From assembly GCF_044704955.1 (NCBI RefSeq), contig NC_091999.1:47864001-47928000 (forward strand): 64,000 nucleotides of DNA. The letters are read 5' to 3'. The position numbers and the translations under genes are program-made. The DNA comes from Pristiophorus japonicus (lineage: Eukaryota). Shown piece by piece: positions 50,423 through 62,956 of this stretch (the stretch's first letter is position 1; every line of letters begins with the position of its first letter). The notes beneath the pieces are model-generated. The model did not search any database. It worked only from the letters and a program-made list of their open reading frames with translations, and was not told the DNA's origin.

Positions 50423-51124
50423 CTGCGAAACAGGAATGAAAGTCAGGAAAAGCCGCATCTTCAGAATCAGGACACCAATAATTAGCCTTAACTCTTTCAA
50501 GGAGAATAACTCACTTTTGAGATATCAACCTCTCGCTATTGCTTGAACACCGTCGTTATGGAAGGACAATGAATTGGCAACGATTCCGGGGAATCTGTAA
50601 TATTTCCTGTGTATTTGAGCCAGAGCTACCTGTAATGGCCTGTGAAGCAAATACCTGGCGTAAAATGGGAATACATTGGGACGCAGTTGTTAAAGGCACT
50701 GAATAGCGCTCTTCCTGAAATCCCTTGCTCCTTTACGCCCGTCTATAGATTCTTGCACCCAAGTGCATCTCCACTGGTTATAATAGCTGAAGCCCGAATA
50801 TCCCCAAGTTCAAGAGGTCTACACCAGCATTACACTGGTTCAAAACCAGTGTCAAATTAATTTCAGGATTTATGGGACAACAGGAAACAAAGTTAAGTTT
50901 CTAGTCTTTTGCTGCTATTTTTGTTGCGATGAAAATGTGCAGGAACCAGTCACATCCGCCGTCAGAGGAGAAGTGCAAGGTCCGGAGAATGGAGTTGCAA
51001 GGAATCTTTTGTGGTGGGGCATCATTTGTAATGATGTGAGGTAGTTTGTTAATATCTGTAATTACTGAACATTTATCATGTCTGGTGAGAGAGATTCAGA
51101 AAGCACTATGACCTCAGGGCATTA

Positions 51125-51650
51125 ATAGCAACATAGGAATAGGAGAAGGCCATTCAGCCCATCCATCCTGTCCCGCCATCCAGTTAGATCATGGCTGATC
51201 AACACTCAACACCATCTTCACGCCTTGGTTATGTAACCCATGATAAACTTGCCGAACAAAAATCTATCAATTTCAGTTTTCAACTTTTCAATTGAAAGCA
51301 AGTGTCAGCAGCTTTTGGGGAGGGAAATCCCGAATTGCAATATTCTTCCTGTTAGAAAATCCTTTCTGACATCACCTCTGCACGGCCTAACTCTAATGTT
51401 AAGGTTCTGCTACTTGTTCTGGACTCTCCCATCAAACTAAATACATGTTTCTATATCTACTCGATACAATTCCATTTATCAACTTAAACACGTCAATTGG
51501 ACCATCTCTTAACGTTCTATTCTCACCACCTGATCATTTTACATTATTAGCCCCGGTATAATTCGGGTAAACCTGCAGTTCAACACCTCCACGTATATCC
51601 TTCCTCAGGTGCGGAGCCCAGAATTGGGCTCAGTACTCTGAATATGGTAG
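51125..51650 (-). mobile_element. Degenerate CR1 3' fragment
   Basis: Reverse complement of CR1 3' UTR (AGGCCATTCAGCCC...ATCATGGCTGATC) and EY.AQFW motif. Confidence 0.75.
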
Positions 51651-51834
51651 ATGCCCATTCTTGCAGTGGGTTCCTGGACAGTCAGCAGTGAAGGATTCCA
51701 GACTCCTATTGCCATTCCGTATATGATCAGCTAACTCAGGATATACCTGAGACGAAGGACACTTCACTCACTGCCTGGCACCAGAGCAAGGGGAAAGCTT
51801 CTTTGGCGAGGTTAATAAATCCTGAGCAATGAGG

Positions 51835-52260
51835 AATCCTGAACCAAAAGATCGTGGGTTGAAGTCCCACTCCAGATATTTGATCACAATATGTAAGCTG
51901 AGTCTCTCAGTGCAGTACTGGGGGCGTGGTGCTTTGTCGGAGGTGCCGTATTTCGGATCATGTGTTAAACCAAGAATCCGTCTAGCCTCTCAGGTGGAGG
52001 TAAAAGTTCCCCTGGAATTATTTCAATGAAAAGCAGAGGAGTTCTCCCTGGTGGCCTGGGAATATTAATCCCTCAAGAAATAACACTAAACAAAAAAAAT
52101 GGTCGTTATCACACTGCTGTTTGTGGGAGCTTGTTGAGCACTAAATGACTACAGCACTTAGTACATTACAACTGTGACCACATTTCACAACTTAATTCAT
52201 TGCCTGGCAAGCGCTTTGGTTCAATCTGTGGTCGCTGAAGGCGCTGTTTCAAGGCAAGAT
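51835..52260 (+). mobile_element. Deu-domain SINE (SacSINE1-like)
   Basis: B-box-like GGGTTGAAGTCCC, then Deu-like core TGTCGGAGGTGCCGT..TTCGGAT..GTTAAACC..GTAAAAG.TCCC..GGAGTTCTCCC. Confidence 0.7.
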
Positions 52261-52394
52261 TTTATCACAAGAATACACAAACTGCATGATTGGGAATTAG
52301 GAATATTCCTCTGCTTTCTACTAATTTCAATCAAAGTTCTGACTGAGATCAGCGCTCAGAATGGTCTGGAACCTCGCCGGATTGTGCCTCTTAC

Positions 52395-52715
52395 CCTAAG
52401 ATCTGCTGAAGTTACGGCTTTGTGTGCCCCCTTCATGAGTGACCTGGCAGGTGCAGACCGAGCCGGTGAACCATTCCCTGTCGGGGAGTGTCAGACGACT
52501 GGCCGTCAAAACGTTTCCGTTCATCTCAAAGGCGGGAGAGGTGATGAAGCCCGAATCCAGGAGTTGTCCACTCTTCAGCCAATTCACGGTCAGTGACTTT
52601 GGCCTTAATTCGATGATTGAACACATGGCGCTTACATATCTGCTGCAGATGATTTGTTCAGTGGAACTTAGCAAGAGGAGAACAATTGGAGGAACGATGA
52701 TCCGTTCAGGACGTT
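52395..52715 (-). pseudogene. IGHM: IgM CH2 exon
   Basis: PPIVLLLLSS..CSII..LTVNWLKSGQ..SGFITSP..SRLT..EWF..CQVTHEGGTQSRN; terminal TAG stop; acceptor appears mutated AG>TG. Confidence 0.92.
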
Positions 52716-52834
52716 CACGAGAAGGCATTTTATTGACATTGCTTGCAAAATAAATGATTAAGAAAGGCAAAGTCTCCTTATATTTTAACAAGTTCTTTGC
52801 TGTCAGATCCACACTAACCTGGCATTTGCAGAGA

Positions 52835-53165
52835 GCAAAATTGTGCGCAGTATACTCAGTGTAATATGCAGACCAGAACTGTGCATATTATTGTAAGTGC
52901 GATATGGGGACCAGAACCATGCACAGTATTCTAAGTGTGATATGGAGAGCAGAGCTGTGCATACTATTCTAAGTATGATATGGAGAACAGAACTTTACAC
53001 AGTATTCTAAGTATGAGATGGAAACCAGAATTGTAAACTAAAACCTAAATGTGATAAGGAAACTAGAACTGTGCACAGTATTCTAAGTATTATATGGAGA
53101 CCAGAACTATGCACAGTACTCTAAGTGTTGTCTAAACAAGTTTCTATACAAGTTGAACATAACTT
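52835..53165 (-). repeat. 38-bp minisatellite x~8 derived from a CR1 RT fragment
   Basis: Unit AGAACTGTGCACAGTATTCTAAGTGTGATATGGAGACC with 38-bp period (52873, 52911 ... 53101). Confidence 0.85.
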
Positions 53166-53206
53166 CTCACCTTATCACAGTTTGCCCTGTATCCCACATC
53201 ATTAAC

Positions 53207-53505
53207 CTGATATTGTGATGTTCCACAGCGACCCACCACGTCGAACTTCGCAGCAGATTGTGCTGCTCCCCACCTCGGACTCGGTGATGGTTAATTGGCT
53301 GCTCAGGGTGTTGGTTCAATTCTTTTTGAGCAATGACGGGTAGGTCTTCAATCCAGTCGTGGTCGGCTCTTTATCTTCCTTCCAGAAAAGGCTGATGATG
53401 TCAGGGGAGTCGTCCATCACCAAACAGCCCTACGTGATGGAGCCATCGGTGCTGGGCTGTTCACAGGAGGAGAGCAGGGCGCAGACGATGGGGGAGACGG
53501 TGTTA
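53207..53505 (-). pseudogene. IGHM: IgM CH1 exon
   Basis: [52 protein letters not shown], close to horn-shark mu CH1 as I recall it; two stops and a frameshift. Confidence 0.93.
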
Positions 53506-54269
53506 CTGGGAAGGATTGGCCCATTGAACAAGTTAGACTCTGTAATCCGTGCTTATAAAAGAAATAAACAAATCGAAATTTGACTGCAGAATAAACTAAT
53601 TCCACCATTTCTCCATCAAAGGCTACACGGGCATTTGAGCTTCTGTCAGTTCTATCGTAAGCACCTGTCAATGCGCTGGTCAGGAACGCACCACTCTATC
53701 ACAGAGCTCTGTCACATTACACAAGAAGAACCTTTACACAACTCGTCAATAAAGAAGCCTTCATTGGATCGTGCAATAGCAGAACAGAGACGTGTTCCTG
53801 TTATTTCGGCCTGCATTTATTTCTCAATGAGCACCATTTCTTGTCCTTTATTTAATTGCAGTTTGGGGAAATTTGCTCTGTGCACATTGCCTGTGGTGTA
53901 TCCCTACAAAACAACAGTGACTGCACTTCAAAGGAGCAGCGGAATTCCTGCTTAGGACGTTAGCAAAATACCCTCCAAACTTGCCTACCACATAATTCAA
54001 CAGGTAGCATTTCCATAGTCTAGTTTCTAAGATGCATGTTGTAAATGAACCGCGATTGAGACGAATGTCTTCCTTATTTTCTCAGCATTTGAGTGAGAGC
54101 GATGTCCTTCAGCGCACTGTGATCTGAGCACTATTCCATTCAATTATATGCATGTCTCTTGAGTAGCCTGCTTCCTGCCACTCCATTAATAATCCGAATA
54201 AAATACCATTCCAAAATCCGGTTAATTTGAAGTTTACTTCTTAAATGGCCCGTTTCAATTCCCATTGTT

Positions 54270-55175
54270 GTTCTTGTTATATAACAATAACATGGACTTG
54301 GTTACAGGGAATACAATTTCGAAGTTCGAAAATGATGCAAAACCTTGCAACGTAGCCAATAGTGAGCATGATAGCAGCAGACTCCATGAGAAGACAGATG
54401 GACCAGTGAAATAGGCTGGGACATGGCAATTGCAATTAAATGCGAATCATTGAGAAGCGATGCACATTGGGTGGAAGTTGGAGAGGCAGTATAATCTAAA
54501 TAGTATTGTTTTGAGGGGATGCACGAATAGAGAGATCTGGATGTACATATTCACAAATCTTTGAAGAGGGCAGGGCAAACTGGTAAGGCTGTTAGGAAAG
54601 CGTATGGGATACTTGACTTTGTAAATGGGGCATTGACTACAAAAACAAGGCGGTTATGCTAAGCTTACAGATCACGTGTTAGGCCTCAGCTGGACTATTG
54701 CGTACAATTTTGTCACCACAATGTAGGAAGGATGTCAAGCCCTTGGGGAGCGTAGAGGGGAGACTTTTACCTGGATGATGCCAGGGATGGGGTCATCAGT
54801 TGTGTGGCGAGATTGGAGAAGCTAGAATATTCTCCTTAGAGCAGAGGTTAAGAGGAGACCTAAGAGAGATATTCAACATTATGTAAGGTTTTGATATACT
54901 AAGTCGGGAGAAATTATTCCGCTGGAAAGTAGGTGGGTAACCAAATGTCGCCGTTTTAAAATAATTGTGAAAAGATCAGAAGGTGAAATTAAGGTGATTT
55001 TTTTCACACAGAGGGTTGGTAATTTCAGGAATGCACAAGGCAGTATCTCCAGTACGTCAGGAGGATTCATTTGCACGTTAAATTCTGGGGAGTTGGACTA
55101 AATTGGACAGCTCTTTCAGAGCCGGCACAGGCACGATGCCTGAATGGCCTCTTCCAATGCTGTGAGATGCTATCA
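54270..55175 (+). mobile_element. Old degenerate CR1 fragment in the J-C intron
   Basis: Remnants of TISKF.DD, RPQLDYCVQF and FFTQRV; 3' TGAATGGCCT tail. Confidence 0.8.
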
Positions 55176-55804
55176 GTCTACACGAGTCAGTGGGAATAGT
55201 TCTTCTAGATTTCATGGAAGGAAACACTTCATATTTTGGACACCTATACCAGATCTATTTTTATTGTTCGTTATAATAAAAGAGGATATTTAAAATAAAG
55301 GGATCTTATAAATCTGACGCAAATTAGTCAATCACATGCTGTTAGAAAGGCTTAAATTCATTGCGAATGATGACTTATTGCAGGTTGACTCTCTCTCTTT
55401 AAATGTTTCACAGTATTGCAGCTCAGTGACTGTGTGCCTTGTGCTGTGACCCAGGCCAATAGCTGCATCTCGTCACAGTTTGTCCCTGCCTTTAACCTTC
55501 TCAGGAAGACTTGGACAACATAATTTTTCTAAACATGAGGTCCCCATGATGGTTATTTGAAGTGGGAGTCTCGATATTCTCTATTTTAATTGTGGAAATA
55601 ACTTGTAACCTCCCATCAGATCAGAACAGGCGCTGCTTTCTGAAGCGTTATTCACTTCCTGAAACTGTTTGTTCTGAAAGTGAGCTGAGGATCAGGCCAA
55701 TCATGTTCATTAGTAATCTGATGCTCAAAATGTTCAAACATTAATAACTCATTAAAAATTGAGCAGTTTATCTGCTATCTGTTAGACGCTGATAACGGTG
55801 CCGA

Positions 55805-56330
55805 GAACACTGCCTGACCAAGCACTCTCAGGTCAGATACAGCACGGATAAGAGAGCAAAGCTCCCGCTATGCTGCCGTGTGGGTCAGGACAGGTATAGC
55901 AAGTGTTGCACACAGAGTAATATATTATCTATACTATCCCGTCAAACATTCCCAGCTCAAGTACTGCAGAGATGTGCTACGAAATGTCTCCCCATAAAAT
56001 GCGTTATCAAATTGACCGATTAATTAAGCACAATTATGACGAGTACAATGAAAAGCTTCCAAAACACTGTCCCATTAAAGCGCACCACCCCTCCAAAGCT
56101 CTGATTAAATAGAAGATCATTCTATATTGAAGGACCCAATTAAATTCCACGTCCTTTTAAAGAAAAGGTTAAAGACTGATTAAAGCTATCTCTGCAATTT
56201 CCCATCAAGCATTGGCAGATAAGATAACGCACGGGTTAGTTGCAGAGTAAAGCTGTCATATCAAACACTGTCAGGGCAGGTACAACCGGGTTAGAAACTG
56301 ATTAAAACTCCTTCGACTGTCTCCCCGTGG
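55805..56330. repeat. Degenerate ~60-70 bp satellite
   Basis: Recurrent CCCATCAAACACT..CAGGTCAGGTACAGCACGGGTTAG..CAGAGTAAAGCT-like motifs. Confidence 0.6.
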
Positions 56331-57818
56331 TGTTTCGGAACTGCTCCTTCTGACTGTCACAATCTGGATTACTGATCTCATCTCTACAGCGACTCCTCAA
56401 CCTTAAAGTCAATCTTTCCCGTTTCTCACATATACCAGTTTCTTAAATAACTGAATTAAGTGACACTGCCCGCAATACAGGATCACAATCCAGAAGGTTT
56501 ACAACCCGTCAGGAGGACTCCTGATTCTCACCCAGTGAGCAGGCGCACAGAAACAGAACAGACACAAACGGTGCAACAAGGGTGCTCCAGGCAGAGAGAG
56601 ACCAGTTCAATCTGTTAATTTCAATGAAGCTGTTTGATTTCTAGTTTATTTCTTTTCAATTTCCAACCACCTCAACGCTGCAGATTCTTTGAAATTAATC
56701 TGATATTAATTTGAGAGACTCTTCAACATCCAGCCATTTCCCCATTTCTGTCAACTATCTGGTAAACCGTGTAAAAATTAACTTCCCTGAAAGCAAGTAT
56801 CTGGAAATAATTCACATTCCACGGGAATTTGCTGCCTGTCACACGGGACTCGGTGACAGAGTAAGAATGTCACAATCCAGGAGACATATCCAGTGATACC
56901 TAATCACCCACTGATTTTATATATTTTCATCAGTAAATATAACCTGTAAAATCATCGCGGAAAAACAGGAAATTAATTCACTAAAATCTGCAGCGACACC
57001 TTGTCGAACTCAGCACAGCCGAGTTATAAATGTATTGTTTTCTAAATTAATTTATGAATGAATTAAACATTATCTCCAACCCTTGAAATTTTGCAATAAT
57101 TGTAATACTGACCAGTATGCAACACAATTGTAAGGGCTCGCTTATGTTTTAATGAATTAGCACTGATGTTACATTCTAATTTAATGTTCATGTTAGCTGA
57201 ATATTGAAAATAATCTGAGTGCCAGTCTGGCCCTTCCTCCTCAGAAGCATACCTACCTGGAACTTTTGAAATTAAATTAACGTGCTTGAATTTCAGCCAT
57301 ACAAATACAAGTAATTATTAATAATTCTAAAACCTTTTCTGCCTGATAACTTGTGATATATTATGGTTTACTTAACTTACCATAACAATTAATCAATATT
57401 AAAATATTAAGCAGCATATTAATACATAACTACTCAGAAATATACCTTATTTTTACTTAAATGGAATCAAATTTGAATAATTGACAATAATCAGGCAGTT
57501 CTACTAATGTCCCGCTCTCGACCGACACCTTTTTAAACTCTGCATGTTTCTAATGTAGCATAAACTGCGTCTATTCGCAGAGAACATTTCACATGATGGA
57601 TTTGGGGGTGGTCTAATTTAAATAGTTCTCTGTCCAGCCGGGGTCACAACTCCGATGGGCTGTAAACCGCTTGTTTACTAATGCTGGAATCTCGAGCTGA
57701 AATATTCTCCTCAATCTTAAACCCCAAAAATGGTTTTATTAATTAAAATCCATCCTTGCAGTTTGCAGTCAGTAGCAGAGCCTCCGCTACTGAATAACAC
57801 AGACAATCTTTTAAAGTT

Positions 57819-57900
57819 CATAGAGACATAGAAAATAGCTGCAGGAGTAGGCCATTCGGCCCTTCGCGCCTGCACCGCCATTCAATGAGTTCATGGCTGA
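57819..57900 (-). mobile_element. CR1/HE1-type 3' tail fragment
   Basis: Reverse complement of the 3' end of the CR1 at ~10105-10193. Confidence 0.8.
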
Positions 57901-59959
57901 ATACTCCAGTTAGTCACAAAATGCCCGTAAGTTAATGATTAAATATATTCTGCTACTTCTTGAAAATAGTTTCCAGAATGGTCAGTGTAAAACTAGAGGA
58001 TAACAATTCATTCAGACCATCTGGGGCACTGAAACTGAATGAGCAAATGGAGGAGAGACATTGTTCATCAATTTAATATTAATAAGAATTAAACATAGCT
58101 CTCAGATATGATTTGTGCTTTGTCTACCGTTCTATTCCGCATACAGCAGCGTTTTGGGAGTTGAATTTTGTTTTAAATTCAAAATAAGATGAACCTTTTG
58201 TAAGTAAATTAATCTGCTTGAATTTCAATGGATTATTTGCTGTCTCCAGCCATACGCAGTCGGAACCTGCCTTGAATTTCAATATAATTACATGAACAAT
58301 TCTTTGACTGCCAGCGACGCCTGTCTTTCAGCTTTGGTTCTTGCAAAGTGTTCAAGATTAACTTAGTGATAATTCTATCAAACAACACACAATATTGATT
58401 CAATAACAAATTTCTGCTACACAGTGAGAATGTCATACCCCGGCAGATATATTAAATTGATAAAATGGAATTTGCAACACGGCTTTAAGTTATAATTAAT
58501 TGCACTCAGTCATTCATCTGTGTAAACAGGAGGTAGCAAGTAATTGAACTCCCGACTCAAACTGAACACAGCGGTGGAATCAGTATGTTGTTAATGAAAT
58601 AATTGCAGGCATAATTAATAACTGTATCCAGCCTCTAAAAGTTTCTGCTTGCCTTAATGGTGCCCAGTGTCGAGCAGGATTTTTGAAGGCGAATAATATT
58701 AAGTAAATGAACATTGGACTTATAGCATATTTGAATAACATTCAGAGATATTATTGCATTATAATCGGTTGGTTAATAGTAATTTAATCCAACTACAACC
58801 TGAATAAGTTAATTATGTAGATGGCAACTAGTTACATTTCACATATTAATATACCAGCATCGTCAACATTGATTAATAGTTGAATATATAATTATCACTT
58901 CAATAATTGTGATGTTAAAATACCTTTCAATAATTTCTGATGTCTAAACCCGTCCTGTTCTTTGCCTACCGACTGTTTTCAAACAGTTTCAAAATACATA
59001 TCGTGTTTGGATTCGATCAGAAACCTGCTGCTGTCACCGATATTAAACATTGTAGAAACGCCAAACAGTTTCACAAATTCTAGGTATTCTGAGTAACACA
59101 GGCACAAACTCTCCTCAGCAGATCAACACTAAATCACATCGCTGAGGGGCGGAATCCCTCGACAGAACCTTTCATGGAGCAGATCCGTAATTCTATAAAC
59201 CCTTTCAGCAGAATCAAATGTATCATTGCAAAAAATCTCATTACACAATCATCAAACCCGCCTAACACTGAAATAACGAAAGATTGAATTCAACAGAAAT
59301 ATAAAATACTGACAGAGAATTGTGATTGGACGGATCATGTTAAATACATTAATTTTGATATTATAGCGTATTTCAATAATAATCGGTGATATTACTACGT
59401 TATAATAATGTTAATTTAAATGTGTTCCAGCTGGAAATATGTTAATTTGTCAGTTCTTAATTACAACTCACGTATTGAATCTGATCATTCGGGAACATTC
59501 GGTCAGTAGATGACAATGTAATTTTCATGAAAAAACTTAAATGACCTTAAGGTTATTTACTGACCTCTAAGCTTTCTGTTTTGTGCCTACAATGTTCTTT
59601 TAAACACATTCAAACACAATGTTTGCATTCGATCAGAAAAACTCCAGCAATCAGAGGTCACCAAGATTAAACATTGCAGAAACGTCAAACAGTGTAATGA
59701 TCATAAGGTATTTAAAGTAACCTCGACACACAGTCTCGTCAGCAAATAAATACCAAATCACATCAGCAACATTTTCTGTGGAGAAACAGTTGAATTTTAT
59801 AATCACTTTGCAGCAGAATCACATTGATAATTGCAAAAAAATCTCAAAACAAAATCCACCGGACCCAAGTTTCAGTGAACGAAATAATTATTAAAATAAA
59901 CAGAAATATAAAATAAAGACACAAATACAAGTGTTACTGAATCAGTGAATGCTCCTTAC

Positions 59960-60009
59960 CTGCAGTCACCGTCACCATGGTCCCTTGTCCCCAGTAGCCA
60001 ATTGCGTAA
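59960..60009 (-). pseudogene. IGHJ: JH segment, apparently pre-joined to D2
   Basis: YAIGYWGQGTMVTVTA|GTAAG; preceded by a 12-spacer RSS rather than the 22/23-spacer RSS expected for JH. Confidence 0.9.
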
Positions 60010-60037
60010 CAGAGTGAGACACGTTGTGTCAAATACT
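60010..60037 (+). other. 12-bp-spacer RSS with mutated heptamer
   Basis: CAGAGTG + AGACACGTTGTG (12) + TCAAATACT. Confidence 0.7.
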
Positions 60038-60243
60038 CCGGCGGACTGTTAACTGTAAAATACAGAGATTAAATTCCACCCAGCTCTAAAAACCCGATTC
60101 CGACTATCGTAAGAGTGAATCAGCGAGATATTTCATTTTGTACCGTTCATTATATTTACAAAAATGATTGGAATACTTCTGAAGCATCTGTGCATGTTCA
60201 ACATGGCAATCAATAGTAATAAAGAAGAAAACTGTTATACATT

Positions 60244-60246
<3 letters not shown>

Positions 60247-60275
<29 letters not shown>
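60247..60275. repeat. (AT)n microsatellite
   Basis: ~14 AT units between the two RSSs. Confidence 0.95.
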
Positions 60276-60366
60276 ACTTATTTCTAATTATTTTTATTTA
60301 AGCCTCAGTTCCTTCGACGCTCCTGGCGTGGTAATGGTCGCAGGTTTGAGCAAACTCCCTGTCTGG

Positions 60367-60404
60367 GGTTTTTGTATGGAGAGCTCGCTCTGTATTGCAC
60401 CGTG
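60367..60404 (-). other. 22-bp-spacer RSS 3' of D1
   Basis: CACGGTG + 22 bp + ACAAAAACC (canonical nonamer). Confidence 0.92.
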
Positions 60405-60724
60405 ACCCACTCCCATAGTCCTTCCTTGCACAGTAATAGATGGCGGTGTCTTCGCTCCTCATGTTCTTCATGTCCAACGTGAAGATGTTGTTTGAAGTGT
60501 CTTTGGATGCAGTAAATCGGCTCTCAATCCCTGGGACGTTATTGTTGCTCGCTGGAGTGTAGTAGCAAACCAGCCAATCCAGCCCCTGTCCGGGAACCTG
60601 GCGGACCCAGTTCATACCATAGCCGCTAAGATCGAACCCGCTGGTTTACAGGTCAGTCTCAGGGAGCCTCAGGAAATCCTGGTCTTTGCCTCGGGCTGAG
60701 TCAACACCACATCCGACTGGACAC
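60405..60724 (-). pseudogene. IGHV: IgM VH exon fused to a D1-like segment
   Basis: [62 protein letters not shown] then GACTATGGGAGTGGGT and the RSS; one stop, one frameshift. Confidence 0.93.
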
Positions 60725-60852
60725 CTGTAAAAATAATCAAAATACCCCGAGGATCAATCCTCGAGAAATGATTCCTGACTCTGTAAAATTCCATAGAGAG
60801 ACTATCACTGAGACAGTAACAATGAGAGAATTGGACAATAAAAACGACTCAC

Positions 60853-60898
60853 GGGAAAGTAAAGCCAGCAACAAAACGAAAGCAATCGCCGACCTCAT
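60853..60898 (-). pseudogene. VH leader exon
   Basis: 46 bp, MRSAIAFVLLLALLS + GTGAGT donor; 128-bp intron to the V exon. Confidence 0.92.
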
Positions 60899-60990
60899 CC
60901 TCCTGGCAATGTGTGGTGACTGGTTCTGGCAAGAACTCACTGAGCAAACCCACTCCCAGACTGTTGTATTGCGCTCCCAGTGGCCGGCAG

Positions 60991-61073
60991 CTAAATACCC
61001 GGGAGATGGGGGCGAGGTTAAAGGCGCCACCCATTGATTCCCTGATAGAAGCGGTTTCTGTATCCACGTCACT
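60991..61073 (-). promoter_or_regulatory. Putative VH promoter: CRE-like AGTGACGT and TATA-like TATTTAG
   Basis: AGTGACGT at 61066-61073, TATTTAG at 60991-60997; no octamer seen. Confidence 0.55.
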
Positions 61074-62615
61074 CTTTCCACATCACCAACAGAATGGACT
61101 CACATCTGGACTGTAAATTAAATCCCTTTATTCCTCACTCTTTCACAGGGGATGTAAATCTTTGAGATTGAATTACATTATCAGGATCTAAACACACGGC
61201 CAGTTTGTGCTTTTACATCTCCCGCTATCTATCCATGCAACTGTACCAGTAAAGTATCCCCTATAATCTGAATTGATATCACTCTATGTACCCGAGTGCG
61301 GTAGATGGGTAATGTGATTCTATTTACAGTGTACTTGGCTGAAGCTACACTTTTGTTCTGGAGATGATATCATACTCCTCACATTATACAATTGTCTCTC
61401 ACTGCATTTCACTAATGCCCCTGAGTCTGTGACTCTAAGACAGCCGTTTAGCTGTAAAATTTAGCTGTAAAATAAGTCCACTTGTCTGATGATTAAGGAG
61501 TGAGTTGACGAAGACACATAAGAAAGTGGGGCCCGCCCGCTTCAGACCAGCGTTTTATGAGAGAAGCTGGTGAATCAGAATCGATAATGTGATCAGCAAA
61601 CCTCGACATCCAAATCCTTGCAGCTAACTTTAATAGCGACCGAATGTGTAACAGACACGGGTAACAGGAACACGGTCTATCAGGACATAGTGATATGTTA
61701 CAGAATATCACAGGAATAAATGCTTCATCTCCAGCAGAAACAGATCACAATCTGGGCCTTTCACCACCCACTGGTAGCCGGGCTGTGAGAGGGCTTGTTC
61801 AGCGATCCAAATCAGTTCAAATTACACTGCACACTGCGCGGCTACTGATCACGAATAATGGAGACATTAGTTTAGACCAGGCGCAAAATTCTGTGAGAAT
61901 ATTAAAGAAGTGCAGCTGGCACTTCTCTGTGAGAATATTCAAGGCACTTCAACCTGTTTTAGTTGCTTTGCGAATCCCACTCATCTCATTACAGTGTGGG
62001 GTGAGGACATTAAACCTCTCTCCAGCACTTCATGCTGTACTGAATAAATCGACTGAAAGATTTAGAATGGTCTTTATTTGGAAATAGTTTTCATTAGGTA
62101 CTGTGTGTATCAATTCATTATTTTCCGATCCTGTTTTGTAATATTGTGAGCATGCAATTTACGTAAAATCATTCTTGAGATGTTATACGATGTAAAATGT
62201 TTCTTATTTTAAAAGTTCGACTGAATAATGTAATATTTAAATAGTTAAATACCATCTTTCTCTCATTCTTGTTCACGCTAATCTGACCCGCACAATATTT
62301 GGCAGTAACCCAACCGACTGCCGTCAGCGAGCCTCGAACACCAGTGTCATTTTCAGGAAGCATCTGGGGTTCTGTGCACTCCATCAAAGGTCAGTTTTCT
62401 CTCTACTGACCGCATGCCTGGAAGCCAACTTCAAAACATTTACGTTGTGAAAAGACCTATTTATATACACATCTACCCAATAACAGAACTGGTGTTAAGT
62501 AAAATGTTTTCGTTGTGTAAATGTGTGTAACTATTCACATATTGCAGGAAAGGAAATATATCCAAAGTCTCAGACATCATGTCATTAGCAGCAGTCAGCT
62601 GGTGTATCAGTACTG

Positions 62616-62956
62616 NNNNNNNNNNNNNNNNNNNNNNNNNNNNNNNNNNNNNNNNNNNNNNNNNNNNNNNNNNNNNNNNNNNNNNNNNNNNNNNNNNNNN
62701 NNNNNNNNNNNNNNNNNNNNNNNNNNNNNNNNNNNNNNNNNNNNNNNNNNNNNNNNNNNNNNNNNNNNNNNNNNNNNNNNNNNNNNNNNNNNNNNNNNNN
62801 NNNNNNNNNNNNNNNNNNNNNNNNNNNNNNNNNNNNNNNNNNNNNNNNNNNNNNNNNNNNNNNNNNNNNNNNNNNNNNNNNNNNNNNNNNNNNNNNNNNN
62901 NNNNNNNNNNNNNNNNNNNNNNNNNNNNNNNNNNNNNNNNNNNNNNNNNNNNNNNN
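62616..62956. other. Assembly gap
   Basis: 341 consecutive N. Confidence 1.

Noticed and set aside
48862-60898. IgW or IgNAR identity, or a functional gene
   Set aside because: Four CH exons and the tail match shark mu; V and every CH exon carry stops or frameshifts.
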